A stretch of DNA of 62,451 nucleotides, the filler included. It is 4 parts of 4 records of this genome, joined end to end, with 100 filler letters (N's around TTAATTAATTAA, not from the genome) between each part and the next. Parts side by side here need not be neighbours in the genome. Positions count along the whole stretch, not along the records: positions 1 to 26,659 come from SRR20825019_1889; 3 more parts are not named here. One strand, given 5' to 3'. Shown in pieces: positions 1 through 11,711 of this stretch. The position numbers and the translations under genes are program-made. Numbering within the stretch: position 1 is the first letter of the stretch; the number at the start of each line of letters is the position of its first letter. The notes under the pieces were generated by a model. That model saw only the letters and a list, made by a program, of their open reading frames with translations. It was not told the origin of the DNA and ran no database searches.

Positions 1-30
1 TTGGTTGGTTGGTTGGTTGGTTGGTTGGTT
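1..30. repeat. (GGTT)n microsatellite at the contig start, inside an intron of the channel gene
   Basis: ttggttggtt... tandem repeat followed by acceptor-like ttcgatag at 32-39. Confidence 0.85.
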
Positions 31-39
31 ATTCGATAG

Positions 40-3000
40 GGTATCAAATGAGTCTCAAGCCTCCGGCCACGTGACGCGGCACAATGGAGATGGCAGGACA
101 AAGCGGCCCGGTGCATCACGGGCCGGGGTTAGTGGTTTCGGGGTGTCGATGCGTGGTTTGAAGTGGGGGTCAGGCAGTGATGCTTGGGCCAGACTGACTG
201 TCTTTTCAGTCGGTGTCTCAGATTGGAAACAGGCAGCTCACCCGGTCATTGGTGGCGTCGGTGCCACGGAGCACAGTGAGCGTAGGCCGGACCGAGAACC
301 GCCTGGGCCAGACCGAAGATGAAGTTGACGATGAAGGTGAAGACGAGGTTGACGCTGGTGGTATGTGCAGGGGTGATGGTGTGGCCGGTAGTGGGGCGGG
401 GCTGACGGCACCGCAGGCGAGGTGCCAGCGATGCCAACCTTTAAACACAAGCGAAAGGACTCGACGATGCCGCAGTCTCTTACGGCCACAAAGATGGGGG
501 CAGGGGCGATCGCCCCTCCTCCCGGAACGCTTCCGAGGCCTCAGTCTGGCCGCATCAAGGCACAGGGTTTGGACTCCAAAGCATTCAAACCTATGGAGTC
601 CATCGGTGCCGAAGGGCCTTCCGTTCCTAAAAAGGCGTTGCAGGTGAGGGCCGGGTCATGAATCTGATGTGATCTGTGCGTGTGTGCATAAGCGGATTGG
701 GTGAGCCGGAAGGCGCGGTGGAGTCGTGGTGTGGGATGGGCAATGTGCTATTCTTAGATTCTGGTGGGGATGTGGTTAGGGCGGCGCGGGTGCAGGTTGG
801 GGCTGGAGTGTCATGCATGGCGCCTCCAATGCCAATGACCACATGATGAATCGTGTTACTGATGCAATCGGCAGGTGTCAAAGCCCTCCCCAGACAAGCC
901 CAAGATGACTCGGCAAGGTTCGTCCATCCCATCACCGGAGAAGGCGAAGATGACTCGCCAAGGCTCGTCCGCCGGGGAGCCATTTGAGCCCAGCAGCGCC
1001 GAGGACCTAATCAAGGCTCTACAGCACGGAGTGCCCACGGACTCGCTAGTGGGAGTCGACCCCATGCCCCACATCCCCCGAAGGCACATGACTATGTCCA
1101 AGGCCGCCCTTCCGCCGCGCCAACGCGCTCTGAAGATGCGGATGATGTCTCGCTCGGTAACGCAGCTTGTCGATGACCAGTTGCCGCTTGGTATCTCTCT
1201 CGACGACAATGGCTCCGTCATCATCAACTTCCGCGACTTTGAGGAAGGAATGTCTCAGGGCAATCTGCCCATGTCTGTGGCGAGTATTAATGCCGCCCAT
1301 GAAGCCATGGCCGCGATAATCTCCCGTGAGCACCCCCTCCACGAGATACGATTCTCGGGCTGCCGGTCGGGGCTCAACTTATTTGAGGCCATGTTGCAAC
1401 TTCTTCACAAGGTGAGAGACTTCGATGAGCTGTATGTCAACCTTGCCGACTATCGCCGGGTGCCGGGCGAGTCGACGGCCGAGCGGGTAGGGGTGCTCGT
1501 GGAGGTCCTCAACACCTATTCCGAGCTTACGCAAACAAGGCCACCCGTGCGTCATGTGGATGTGAGCAAGAACGGACTGTCAAAGCGCGATATCTATGCG
1601 CTCACACAATGTTTGATCAATGCGAAGAATCTTCGAATCCTGAACATCACCGCCAGTAAGCCGGGAGAATATGGTGTGAATGGCCTCAAGACGCTCCTGT
1701 TGACCAATAGGAATATGACGCACTTGCTGCTAGGCGACACTGAGATCAAGAATGTGAGCCTTCTTTCCGAGGGAATCTCACATCAGTCGCACCTGCGTGT
1801 GCTCGATGTCCGCGGGATCCCGATGACTGAGACTGGCGCGGAGGCGCTGGTGGAGGCGCTGATGGGGTTGACGGGGCTGCGGCACTTGAACATGCGGCAT
1901 TGCCACCTAGGGCATCAGGGTGGTGCGGCGTTTAAGTATGTGTGCAGGCTGTTTGGGTTGCCGTCACTGAAGGAGCTCGTCCTGGCGTATAACAAACTGA
2001 GCAAGAAGGTCAGCAAGATATTCTTCGATGCGCTCTGCGAGAACACGTCGCTGGTCATCCTCGACATGAAGGGTTGCGACATCGACAAGTCCACAATGGA
2101 AGAGTTCATCATGCCGGCCCTGAAGAAACGAGCCATCGATCTAATGACGTCATTTGGCATTGCCGTCACGAACCACGAAAGGCCTCAGATCGACGAGCGG
2201 GTGCGGGACGGTCTGATTGACCTAAATCTTCGTGACAATCCGAAGCTTTACCGCTCCCACGGTGAGAGCGAGGATTCCCGGGAACTTACGGAGTCTGTTT
2301 ATCAGTTTTGCGGCAAGGCGCCGGCGCGGTCCCGGTACTTTGGTGAGTCAAACCAATGCAATGCTGCTTTAGAGTTACTTGCTCGTGCTTAACTTCCAAA
2401 CATCGTTACAGAGGATGAGGACCCGATTTTTGGCGAGGTTGAGGACAGATTCACAGACACGATGCAGCGGATGTTCCGCGTCAGGTAAGTTTGGCGCAAC
2501 ATCTTGATCGGGGTTACTTAGCATGCCCCATTTCAGCGCGGGCCCCGCCGCCTACATACGAGGAAAGCTCCTTCCCGCTTACCATCTCATCACGTACCTG
2601 TCTTTTTCCAACCAGGGCATGGAGATCTTCAAGGTGTCCTGGGTGGAGCAAATGTACCACAAGATGACCAACCTCCAACAACTCGATCTCTCTCGCAACA
2701 GGTGATGGCGCCTTGCGATGGGCGGTAAGCCTCCTGAGTGCTAACCGCCTATGCTTCTTTCAGGTTAAGAACTCTTCCCGTGGAATTGGCGATTCTGGCG
2801 CGGCCGAGCCCCACCGGTGTGAATTTTGTGCTCAATATCGGAAGCAACAAGGTTCGCATCCAGTCCACTGACGTGATGGCGGTGCTGTTTGCGTCTAATG
2901 CTGGTATCGTGGGCCTTCCTGAGGACCAGAAGCGAGGTGCGTTCCGCGGGCAGTGAAGATGTGATGTTGTCGAGGTTGCTATGGGCCTCACCCCCTGTGT

Positions 3001-6000
3001 CCAGAGATGAACTCGATGCTAGACTCGGTCTACCACTACGCGGTGGAGCTGTTCCGCTCTTATATCAAACCGAAGAAGGGGGTTCGCATGGCAGGGAAGA
3101 TTCTTGGCGGCATGATGGACAAGCCTGGTGGACCGCCCGGCGGCCGTTCGCGCGCCGGAAGCACGGCGGGGGGAGACGATATGAGGAGAGTGAGTGGATC
3201 ACTGCACTGGCCTATGGGTGTGAGTCTCTGATTCTTTATGTTAGCTGCCGACAAGAGATGGCGTCCGGCAGAACTCATCATTCCGCTCCGTGCGATCAGC
3301 GAACAAGTCTGGGGTGGGGGCGAAGTCTACAAAGTCTAACCTAGAGACGACGGCGTGGGGATCAGATATCTTCGCCAAGGTCAAGGCCATGGCCAAGGGA
3401 GAACAGGAGAATAGTCCCAAGACGGACTGGAAAACTTGTATGATTGTGGAGGGTGTGGTCCAGTGGTATTCGTTTCGCTGACGCCTGCTCCAGTGCTGGA
3501 CAGGCAGGCGTCAGTGGGGGTTGAGGGGGCGACTCCTGAGGTTCCTGCTCCGAAATCAGTGGTGCGGAAGGAGGGTTCCACGATATCGCTCGGGCAGGCG
3601 GCACTCCCCAATGATCTTGTTAAGAACCGTGTGAAGAGCGATGGCGGTATGTTGTTGATTGATGCTGGGGTGCGCCTATTTTGACTCTCCGTCTTAGGCT
3701 TTCGACGGCCAGGTAGTGCGGCATCTACGCGCAGTGCCATGAAGGTACGCCGGCGGGGATGCGTGCCACTTACTTCTAACTGGAACGTGAATTTTCAGCT
3801 GCCCGGTCGCCAATCGCGACAGAATAGCAACAGCGTCGTATTTAAAGAGGGAGGAGGCCAGTCGCGATCGCCTGTTCGGTTAGCGGATGGCAAGGACTGG
3901 GACGATGCTGCGTCGAACGATTCAGCATCAAGCCCCAGCTCTGGAGAAGCACAAGAAGGTGGCGGCGACCGTCTGGAATTATGGGAAGAGGGCGGTAGCG
4001 GAAGGGCTGGTGGTGAGGATATTCTAGGGCTGCACTCGGAAGATGTTACTGATATTGCCCTGCAGGGTTCCGCGATGATGAAAGCGTTTTCACAGACGCG
4101 ATGGACCGTGGCGATGATGAATCAGACATCAGTGAGGACGAGAGAGGTATCCGTGGCCTGGGTTCGGTTCCTGTGGATTCCTGATGTATTTTTTTCCCTG
4201 ATGGAACAGGAGGGGGTTACACGAGCATCATCGACTTCGAGCGCCTAGTGTTCAGCAATCTCCTAAGGTGTATTCCATCCACAGACGTCATCAACCACCT
4301 CGACAAGGACGGCCGGTCCGCGCTGCACATTGCTTGCATGTTCAATCGGTCCCGGGCCGCCACCTGGCTCGTCATGGTAAGTGCCAGCCGCGGCAGCACG
4401 CCCCAGCAGCGTGTGGCTCATTCGTTCCCCGTTGCAGGCCGGAGCTACATTCAACATTACGTCATTTTCTGGCTACCTGCCTGTGGAAATGTATCGCTCC
4501 TACTTCCTCCGCAACCTGATCGTGAGTGCAATTACTAATTAGGCCAACGTCTCAGCGCTGACCACAACACTTCAGGACATTACGTGGAAGGACACATATG
4601 GTGTTCATCCCCATCGCCTTTTTGCCGAGTGCGAGGACTGCGCGGCCGAATATGAATTGTTGCTCCGCCTCAATACTTCCGAAGGACGTCGTCGTCTTGG
4701 TTTCAACCTTGAAGTCAACAAATGGAACAAAATTATCGAGGTTTGAAGATGCGCGGTCTCTGCTTGGTTTGTTGGTCTAATTCTCGTTCTATTAAGAATG
4801 CTCGCTCGCTGAAAGGAATGCTCGAGCTGGACGAGGAAGACTTTGACGTTCACAGCCAAAGTCAATTCAAATTCCCGATGCCGCACCGTGACGTGAACAT
4901 GGAGCGTGCCTTCTATGATATGTGGAACGCCTACCTTGAAATGATGGACGGGACGTCGATGTACTTGCATCTCGCTGCTATGAAGGGGAATATTGCCCAG
5001 ATCCGCGCCATCAAACCGTACATCACCACGGAATACTTTGAGCAGGACTGGAACTGGCGGACACCCTTCCACTACGCCTGCATGCAGGGCAATCCTGATG
5101 TGCTTCATGAGATGATCGAAAGCTCGAAGGAAAGCGAATTGATGGTCTCGCAGAAACCGATGTGGCATATGTGGATGGTGTCGCCAGAGGGCCAGCGTGC
5201 CATGCGGGGCTCCAGTCGCCAGGCGAAGAAGCTGGTGAAGGAGGTGAGTTTGAGTCCATCCCCGTGCTTTTGTGTGTTGTGCATCACCCTCCGCCACTAC
5301 ATGACTTAAATATGGGCCGACCCCTGCAACCTCTATGGCCCCGCTGTTTCTTTTCCCGCTGGTTATGGTCCGGTCGGCAGCGATTTAACCCCTTGCGCAG
5401 ATGGCCCGATGCCAGAAATTCAATCTCTTTGACAAATTCCACAAGACTGCTCTGCACTATGCAGTGCAGCATATGAGCAACGAATGCGTGTCATTGATGT
5501 GCGATGAAAACGTCGATCCCCTTCTCCCGTACTCCAGCAACGAAACTCCATACAATGGCGCCCTGCTGGCCAATGCAGACTTCATTGATGTCAAGGAAAA
5601 CGGAGACGTGGACGGTAAGAAGCCACGCGCCGTGTAGACGGAATGTCACGCTTAACCACTGTGTCACTCAGGTCCAATGGAGGTGTTCGTTGCCAAGTCT
5701 GAACACCAATTGTCAGAGACCCTTCGCATCCTGAATACCACCAGCGGTGTTAAGCGTAAGAGGTTCCGCTACCTGCTGAGTCGCTTCACCAAGACGTTCC
5801 TCGTGTACTTATGTTTCCTCTTCCTCCTGTCTGTGATGTCTCCTACGGCGTCTCAGCTGGGCTGGGTACCCCACAACAGCTTCCTCCTCAACCACGATGT
5901 GTATTCCGCTGTAACCACGTAAGTTTTGCTATTGTTTATCTCAGTGTTGGTGTTGCTGCTGCTGTTGGGTTGGTTTGGTATTACCGTTTGGAGGAGGGAT

Positions 6001-9000
6001 CGAAGGTGGAGGTGCACTCACCACCAAAACCCACAGGGAGTTCATCACCACGGAGGCATATCCAACGACGTTTTTCGACGTCAACAACATAGGTTTGATA
6101 TGGGAGTGGCTGGAAGGGCCCTTCCTCGATATCTTGTTTGCCACGACGGACGCTTATGGGGCAACAATGAGCAGTACGAGACAAAAGTACCTTGACGGGC
6201 AGAATCGATTTCTGGGAAGTGTACGCCTTCGGCAGGTTAGGTCGAAGAAGGATGATTGCTTCGGGCGGACTGTGTCTATGGAAGCGTCGGGGACGGAGGA
6301 GTATTGCTATCCAGACTTCTATCTTGGCAGCCAGGACAAGTCCACGTTTGCGTCTACCACATGGAAGGACTATGGTGGGACCTCTTGGTCAGGTGGGTGA
6401 CGTCGAAGCGCGGGGTTACTTATGTGGGCGGAAGTTGATTCTGTGAGTATAGGGGTGAAGGGGCTGGTTTATCCTGATGTTGGATTTGCAACCGATATCG
6501 AGCCGGGATCCACTACTACGGTAAGCCGCACCTCATGCTAGCTCGCATGTCTTGATTGGTGAGTTGGTGACTCACATTCACTGCCAGGCGTCTTCTGTGA
6601 TATCAGCTCTCAAGACCGCCAAGTGGATCGACGAGGGAACAAGAGCGATATTCATTGACTTCAGCCACTACAATGGCGCGAGCAATCTTGTCCTCTTTTC
6701 ACGGCTGGTGTTTGAACTGCCCGCGACAGGCGGGGTGATTCCATCCGGTGCGTCAAACGTCATGCAGCCCTACATATCCACGACGTTCGAGCTGGCGATG
6801 ACAATGATCGTTGAAATATTGGTGCGTGGTATAGTTCTGAACTCCCCGCACCGCGATTCTTACCGTTGTATGTGGCAGGTTGGGATAATTGTCATTTTAT
6901 ACACATTGGGTGAATTGAACGAGCTTGTGGTGGTTGGATGCAAGCGTTACTTCAGCGACATGTGGAATTTCTTCGATATGAGCGTGTTCTTCCTGTTTGT
7001 GGTGCGCTGGATACTACAAATCGCGCTGGTGGCCGAGTGGGCCATCGAGAGCGTGGACATCGATGACAATTCCGTGAGTAGAATGTTGAAGTGGCAGTTG
7101 GCACGTCCTCACAAAGCAGCTCGGCAGAAATTCTACAATTTGTATTCCGTTTCGGAATTGACAACGGCAACTCGGAAGATTCTTGCGACGATCGTTCTCG
7201 TGTGCTGGCTTCGCGTCTTTAAGATCATTGCTATCCTCCCGGCGGTGGGCCCCGTCGTCGAGGCAGTTCGCGCCACCATCACCAACACCAAGTATGCCCG
7301 CCGTGCGCCGCCGAATAGGCTTGTACTGACGGATGCATTGCAGGGTCGTGGTGTTCATGATGATCCTGTGTCTGTCCTGGTGGATCTTTGCAGTCTCGGC
7401 GTGGATAGCGCTGGGTAACAACGTTGGTAAGTCCGGCCATCACAACACCGTGTCACTTGCTCGCCCGCTGACAACAACTTTTTAGAGGGGTACCGTGACA
7501 TCACTCTTGCCGGCCTGTCAATACTACGGATGACACTGGGCGACGTGGACGTGGACCTGATCAAGACTGCATCACCGGTGTGGGGAGTGATGTTGTTCCT
7601 CCTGATCGTGGTCTTTGGAAACTTCTTGATGCTGAACCTCCTCATTGCCGTGCTGACAGAGGTGTACTCCACCTCCTGGGTGGTGAATGACAAACGCTGG
7701 GAGCAGTTCATCAACCAGATGCTCGGTGAGAATGCCTGGCTGTCTTTTCATTGGTCTTTGCTAACCGTTGGCCTATTAGTTGAGGAGCTCGCGCCGGATC
7801 TGCACCCGTTGTCGCGGTGCTGTCTGCGGGGCGTTATATGTGTGGAGGGTTGCTTCCGGAGGCCAAAGAAGCGAGACAAGTATGACCCGGAGAACCCGCG
7901 GCCCATGAAGGCCAACGATGTATGCCTGCCTTGTGTGTTTGGAAAATGAGGATTTTGGCTAACTGCGGGGACAGATGAAAAAGACAAAAGAGATTGACTC
8001 GGACCTGCCATGCCATCCTCGCCGGCTCAACCGCTACATGCTCGTGTGGAATCCGCCCAGCAAGATGTCCCACAAAACACGCAACATTGCCAAGAAGGCC
8101 ATGGCCAAGCTCAAGCGGGCCAAATCTCTCAAGGTTTGCTTCCGGGCGTCCGCATGCCTCAGTTCTTGGTGTTTCAACTGACAGGATCGGTTTTTCTGCA
8201 GCAAAAACTGGACACGGGGTATGAGTTCACTATATCCAAGGCTGTTACCAAGGTCCACAAGGTTTCCTCCATGGAAGTCCTCCATCTCGGTACGGCCTCG
8301 CATCCCTCCCCCTTTGGGATAGTTTTAACATCACAGTTATCCAGGCAACCAAAAGGAGCTGACAGAGACAATTTTGGTGGAGTCTGAGTTTATCAGCGTG
8401 TGGGACTATTTGATATTCCTTCGTGTGTACGTGGAGCTCCAGTCCAAGATCGAGAAGCTTCGCGACAAGATGAACGCGCCCCAAATATCGGCGGACGAGA
8501 AGAAAATGAATGAACGCATCGACAAGTTGATCGACGGCCTGTCCGGTGGGTTCTCATGGTTTCACACCTCTGGGTATTGGTTCTGATTCCCCGATGCAGG
8601 CGACGGGTTGGTCGCACGGAAGCGGCCTGACCTGGCACAGAAGACTGAGGGTGCCGCTGAGGGTGCTTCGAAGTCAACCGAGGGCGGTGAAGGAGGGGAA
8701 GAGGAGGAGGAGGAAGGCGGGCGTCGGCGCAAGGCTAAGACATTGATCAACCTCTTCACTGGTCTGGCACCAGCCGAGGTCGAGGCGAGACTCCGCCGCC
8801 GATTGCCGGTGAGTGACCGTAGTTGGACAGTGTCTCCTGTGAGGGCTAACCGCATTGTTCCTCGCAGGGTCACATCGCTATGCTGGCGGCACACTTGGAC
8901 TCGCTCCATCACCACGAGGCCCAGGCGTTGCGCAAGTACATCTTTGCCGAGCTGGAGAACCAGATGCAATCTGCCGCGGGAGTGGTGAGTCAGATCCGGG

Positions 9001-11551
9001 TCCTGTCGGGGCTGGCGGGGCTCCTAACGTTACCTGCAGGTGCGAATGATCCACCAGGTTCAATCCGCTGACCCGCCAACGGTTGAGGATACGCTCCGGT
9101 GGGTGCGGCAGGACGTGGAACCCGAGCTTAGCAAACGGGTCAAAACCAATGCTCTCCGCGATGCGGACAATATTGGTATGCAGGGGCGGGGTGTGTCTTT
9201 GTGCTGCGATTTTTCCTGATTGCGATCGCAGTGGAATCGGACCAACTGGACTTGGACATTCTTGTCCACAAGTCGGTGCTGGAATACTTCCAGAAATTCC
9301 GCGACAGCGCTGCTCGACAGCCATGTGCCGGCATGCCCCTTCATGCGTGTGATGACTACGACGACACCAACGTGGATACGATGAACAAGCTCACCAGGAC
9401 CCTGCAGTCCAACAAGATCCTGTGGGAGGACTGGCCCCCGGGCACCATTAGCAAGCTTCTCAAAGGTTTAGTCAACAACGAAATCGAGCTGATGCAGTGC
9501 ACCAGGGTAAGTTTCGCTCTTCTTTCGTGTCGCCCCGCTTTTGGTGCGTATTTATGAGCGCATCTGACACCGTTGCGGCAGTACGGAGAGCCGGGGCACG
9601 AGTACCATATCACCGTGCAGTACGAGTGGTCGTTCATGCAGGTCCTCCGATCGCACGAGGGACGTACACTGATGTTGCTGGAGACACACATTGACCAGGG
9701 CTATGGGTATGAGCGCAGGTAAGCCTTGAGGCAACCGTGCCCGCCTTGAGCAGCGCTCCCGCCACCGGTCTCCTGTTCTTTTCTGTGATGTTCTGTGATG
9801 TTCTGTTATTTTTTTGTTCTTGCGCTCCTGCATATGCCCTGGTTACACTGCTGACATGATTGCAGGTTCTCCATTCCCCGCTTTCCAGTTCCCAGCGGCG
9901 AGGACCCTGCCGAGCGCGCGGAACAGTTCGTTACGGAGAGCTTTGGCAAGGGGATGCAGGCCGAGATCCTAAATGTAGAAAACCTGTTCCTCGTCACCTC
10001 CCGGCACTCGGAGGAGTTCCCAAAGATGTTCCAGCGTGACACTTACCACATGGTAAACGTCAGCGTCGACAGCCTTCCACACGAGGACTTCTTCACATTG
10101 GACGACGGCCGGGTTCGCCACTGGTCCTGGTTTGAGCTCGAGGGTGAGCGCTCCGCGGTGTATCCGCCACCACCGTGCTGACTTGTGCCATAGACTTCAA
10201 TGTCCTTCAGATGGTCCGTTATGAGGGTGAACGGTGCGGTAACAACGAGCGGTATGGCGGGACGCTGTCGGAGTTCTGTGACCTTGTGGCCACGAAAGAA
10301 GTGATCCTGGCTGCCAAGGGAGACTTTGCCAAAGCTCAGAGCTCCACCACCGAGCTTCTGGGCACCCTCGAGGAGTACCTGCGCAAGTAAGTATTTTGTA
10401 ATGCTTCTGTCGAGACTGTTGCCGCATGCGCTGCCGCTGGGTGGGACAGCGGCCGCCGGCCCTAGTTCTCCAGCTGGATGGACGGGTGTGAATGTTGGAT
10501 GTGACTGCGTAGAGCGAGAGGTTGGCTGTTGTGCCCATGCTGACTGCCCCCCCAGGCTCCACGATAAGCGGAATCCACCCGCGACACCGGCCTCATCGTC
10601 TCTCCCAACCATAGAGGATTATGACATTCCAGGTCGGCACCCGAGCAGCCCATCACCTCCCTGGTCGCTCTCTCGTGCTCACTTGCTCTCTGCAACAGGC
10701 ACGCGCCCACAGTCCGGAATGGATATCGACTTCAACCGCAACATAGGCGCACTCGGGCGCAGGCCCGAGGAGAACTTCGCGGCACGCCCTGTGGAGGGCG
10801 AAGTGACGGAGCAGATGGAGCAGATCGCCTTTGCGGAGGAGTATGTGCCCTGTGCTGGGCCATCATGGACAAACACACTGACCGCTCTTTACAACAGCCT
10901 TGCATCGAAGCTGCATTCTCTGCAAGCTAGTCGGGCCGCTACACCCGTCCTCACGGAGGTGATGGATGAGCCTCTCCGGCCATCAGAGATGTCTGCCGGC
11001 TTAGACAGGTGAGGGATTCGCTTTTCCTGATGGACTGGGTGCCTGACGGTCCTGGCAGCGGGAATGCGATGATACCATATTTAGAGACGCATGGCGATGC
11101 ACCCGGTGAAATGGACAGGATCGAGTCCCGAGGGACGGGAAGCGGAACTAGTGTCCACGTAGCACCCCAAGGGGAAGGTGAGTGACATGACGTCAAATAC
11201 TTTGGCGTCTTCTGATTCTCTTTTCTAGCGGAAGCTATGGAGGTCACCCCGAATGCGCCCTTCATGCAGAGGACGGCGATCACACTAGATGCCGATGATG
11301 AATCCTTGGCCATTCTGCCCGCCGGGCCGCAGGACTCGACACCCCGTTTGGAGACGCTGCCAGCGCTGGGTCCGCCTGAACAACCTACACAAGACTCATG
11401 GGTGGATGGACCGAATCCGACCGACGGCGAGGCGCCAGCCCCTCGGGCACGCGATCCCCCCGCCGATCGCAGCACCACACCACTTTCAGAACGGAGCGTA
11501 TCCACAAACTGGGACCCAACCGCAGACCACGGTGAAGACGAAGGGGTCTAA
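40..11551 (+). CDS. 5'-truncated multi-exon giant channel: LRR (RNI-like), ankyrin repeats, polycystin-2/TRPP-type cation channel, coiled-coil, Nudix-like domain, disordered tail
   Basis: GT-AG introns join exons in frame (e.g. 129-209, 361-416, 644-874). LRR: LRHLNMRHCHL, LKELVLAYNKL, LQQLDLSRNRLRTLP. Ankyrin: DKDGRSALHIAC, WRTPFHYAC, FHKTALHYAV. Polycystin motifs: IWEWLEGPF, NRFLGSVRLRQVR, WIDEGTRAIFIDFSHYN, LVFELPATGGVIPS, YFSDMWNFFD, S6 FLMLNLLIAVLTEVY. Stop TAA ends at 11551. Not every junction was checked. Confidence 0.8.
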
Positions 11552-11711
11552 GTACCCTGAGCATCTACCACCACTCAAGAAAGGAATTCCCGACAGTTCG
11601 ATAGTGACATTCCTGTTCTTTTTGTGATTTTTAAGTGGCCCGGTCAATGCAGAAAACAATGCGGCGAATTGACTCGTGATGTCACCATAAAACACCTTTG
11701 ACAGGATTTAT

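Noticed and set aside
5975-6035. Apparent non-canonical GAG acceptor in the channel gene
   Set aside because: A canonical CACAG acceptor with a CTCAC branch site near 6036 restores the frame (...VTTEFITTEAYP)
9781-9806. TTCTGTGATG tandem repeat (about three units)
   Set aside because: Short intronic slippage repeat with no spacers and no evident function
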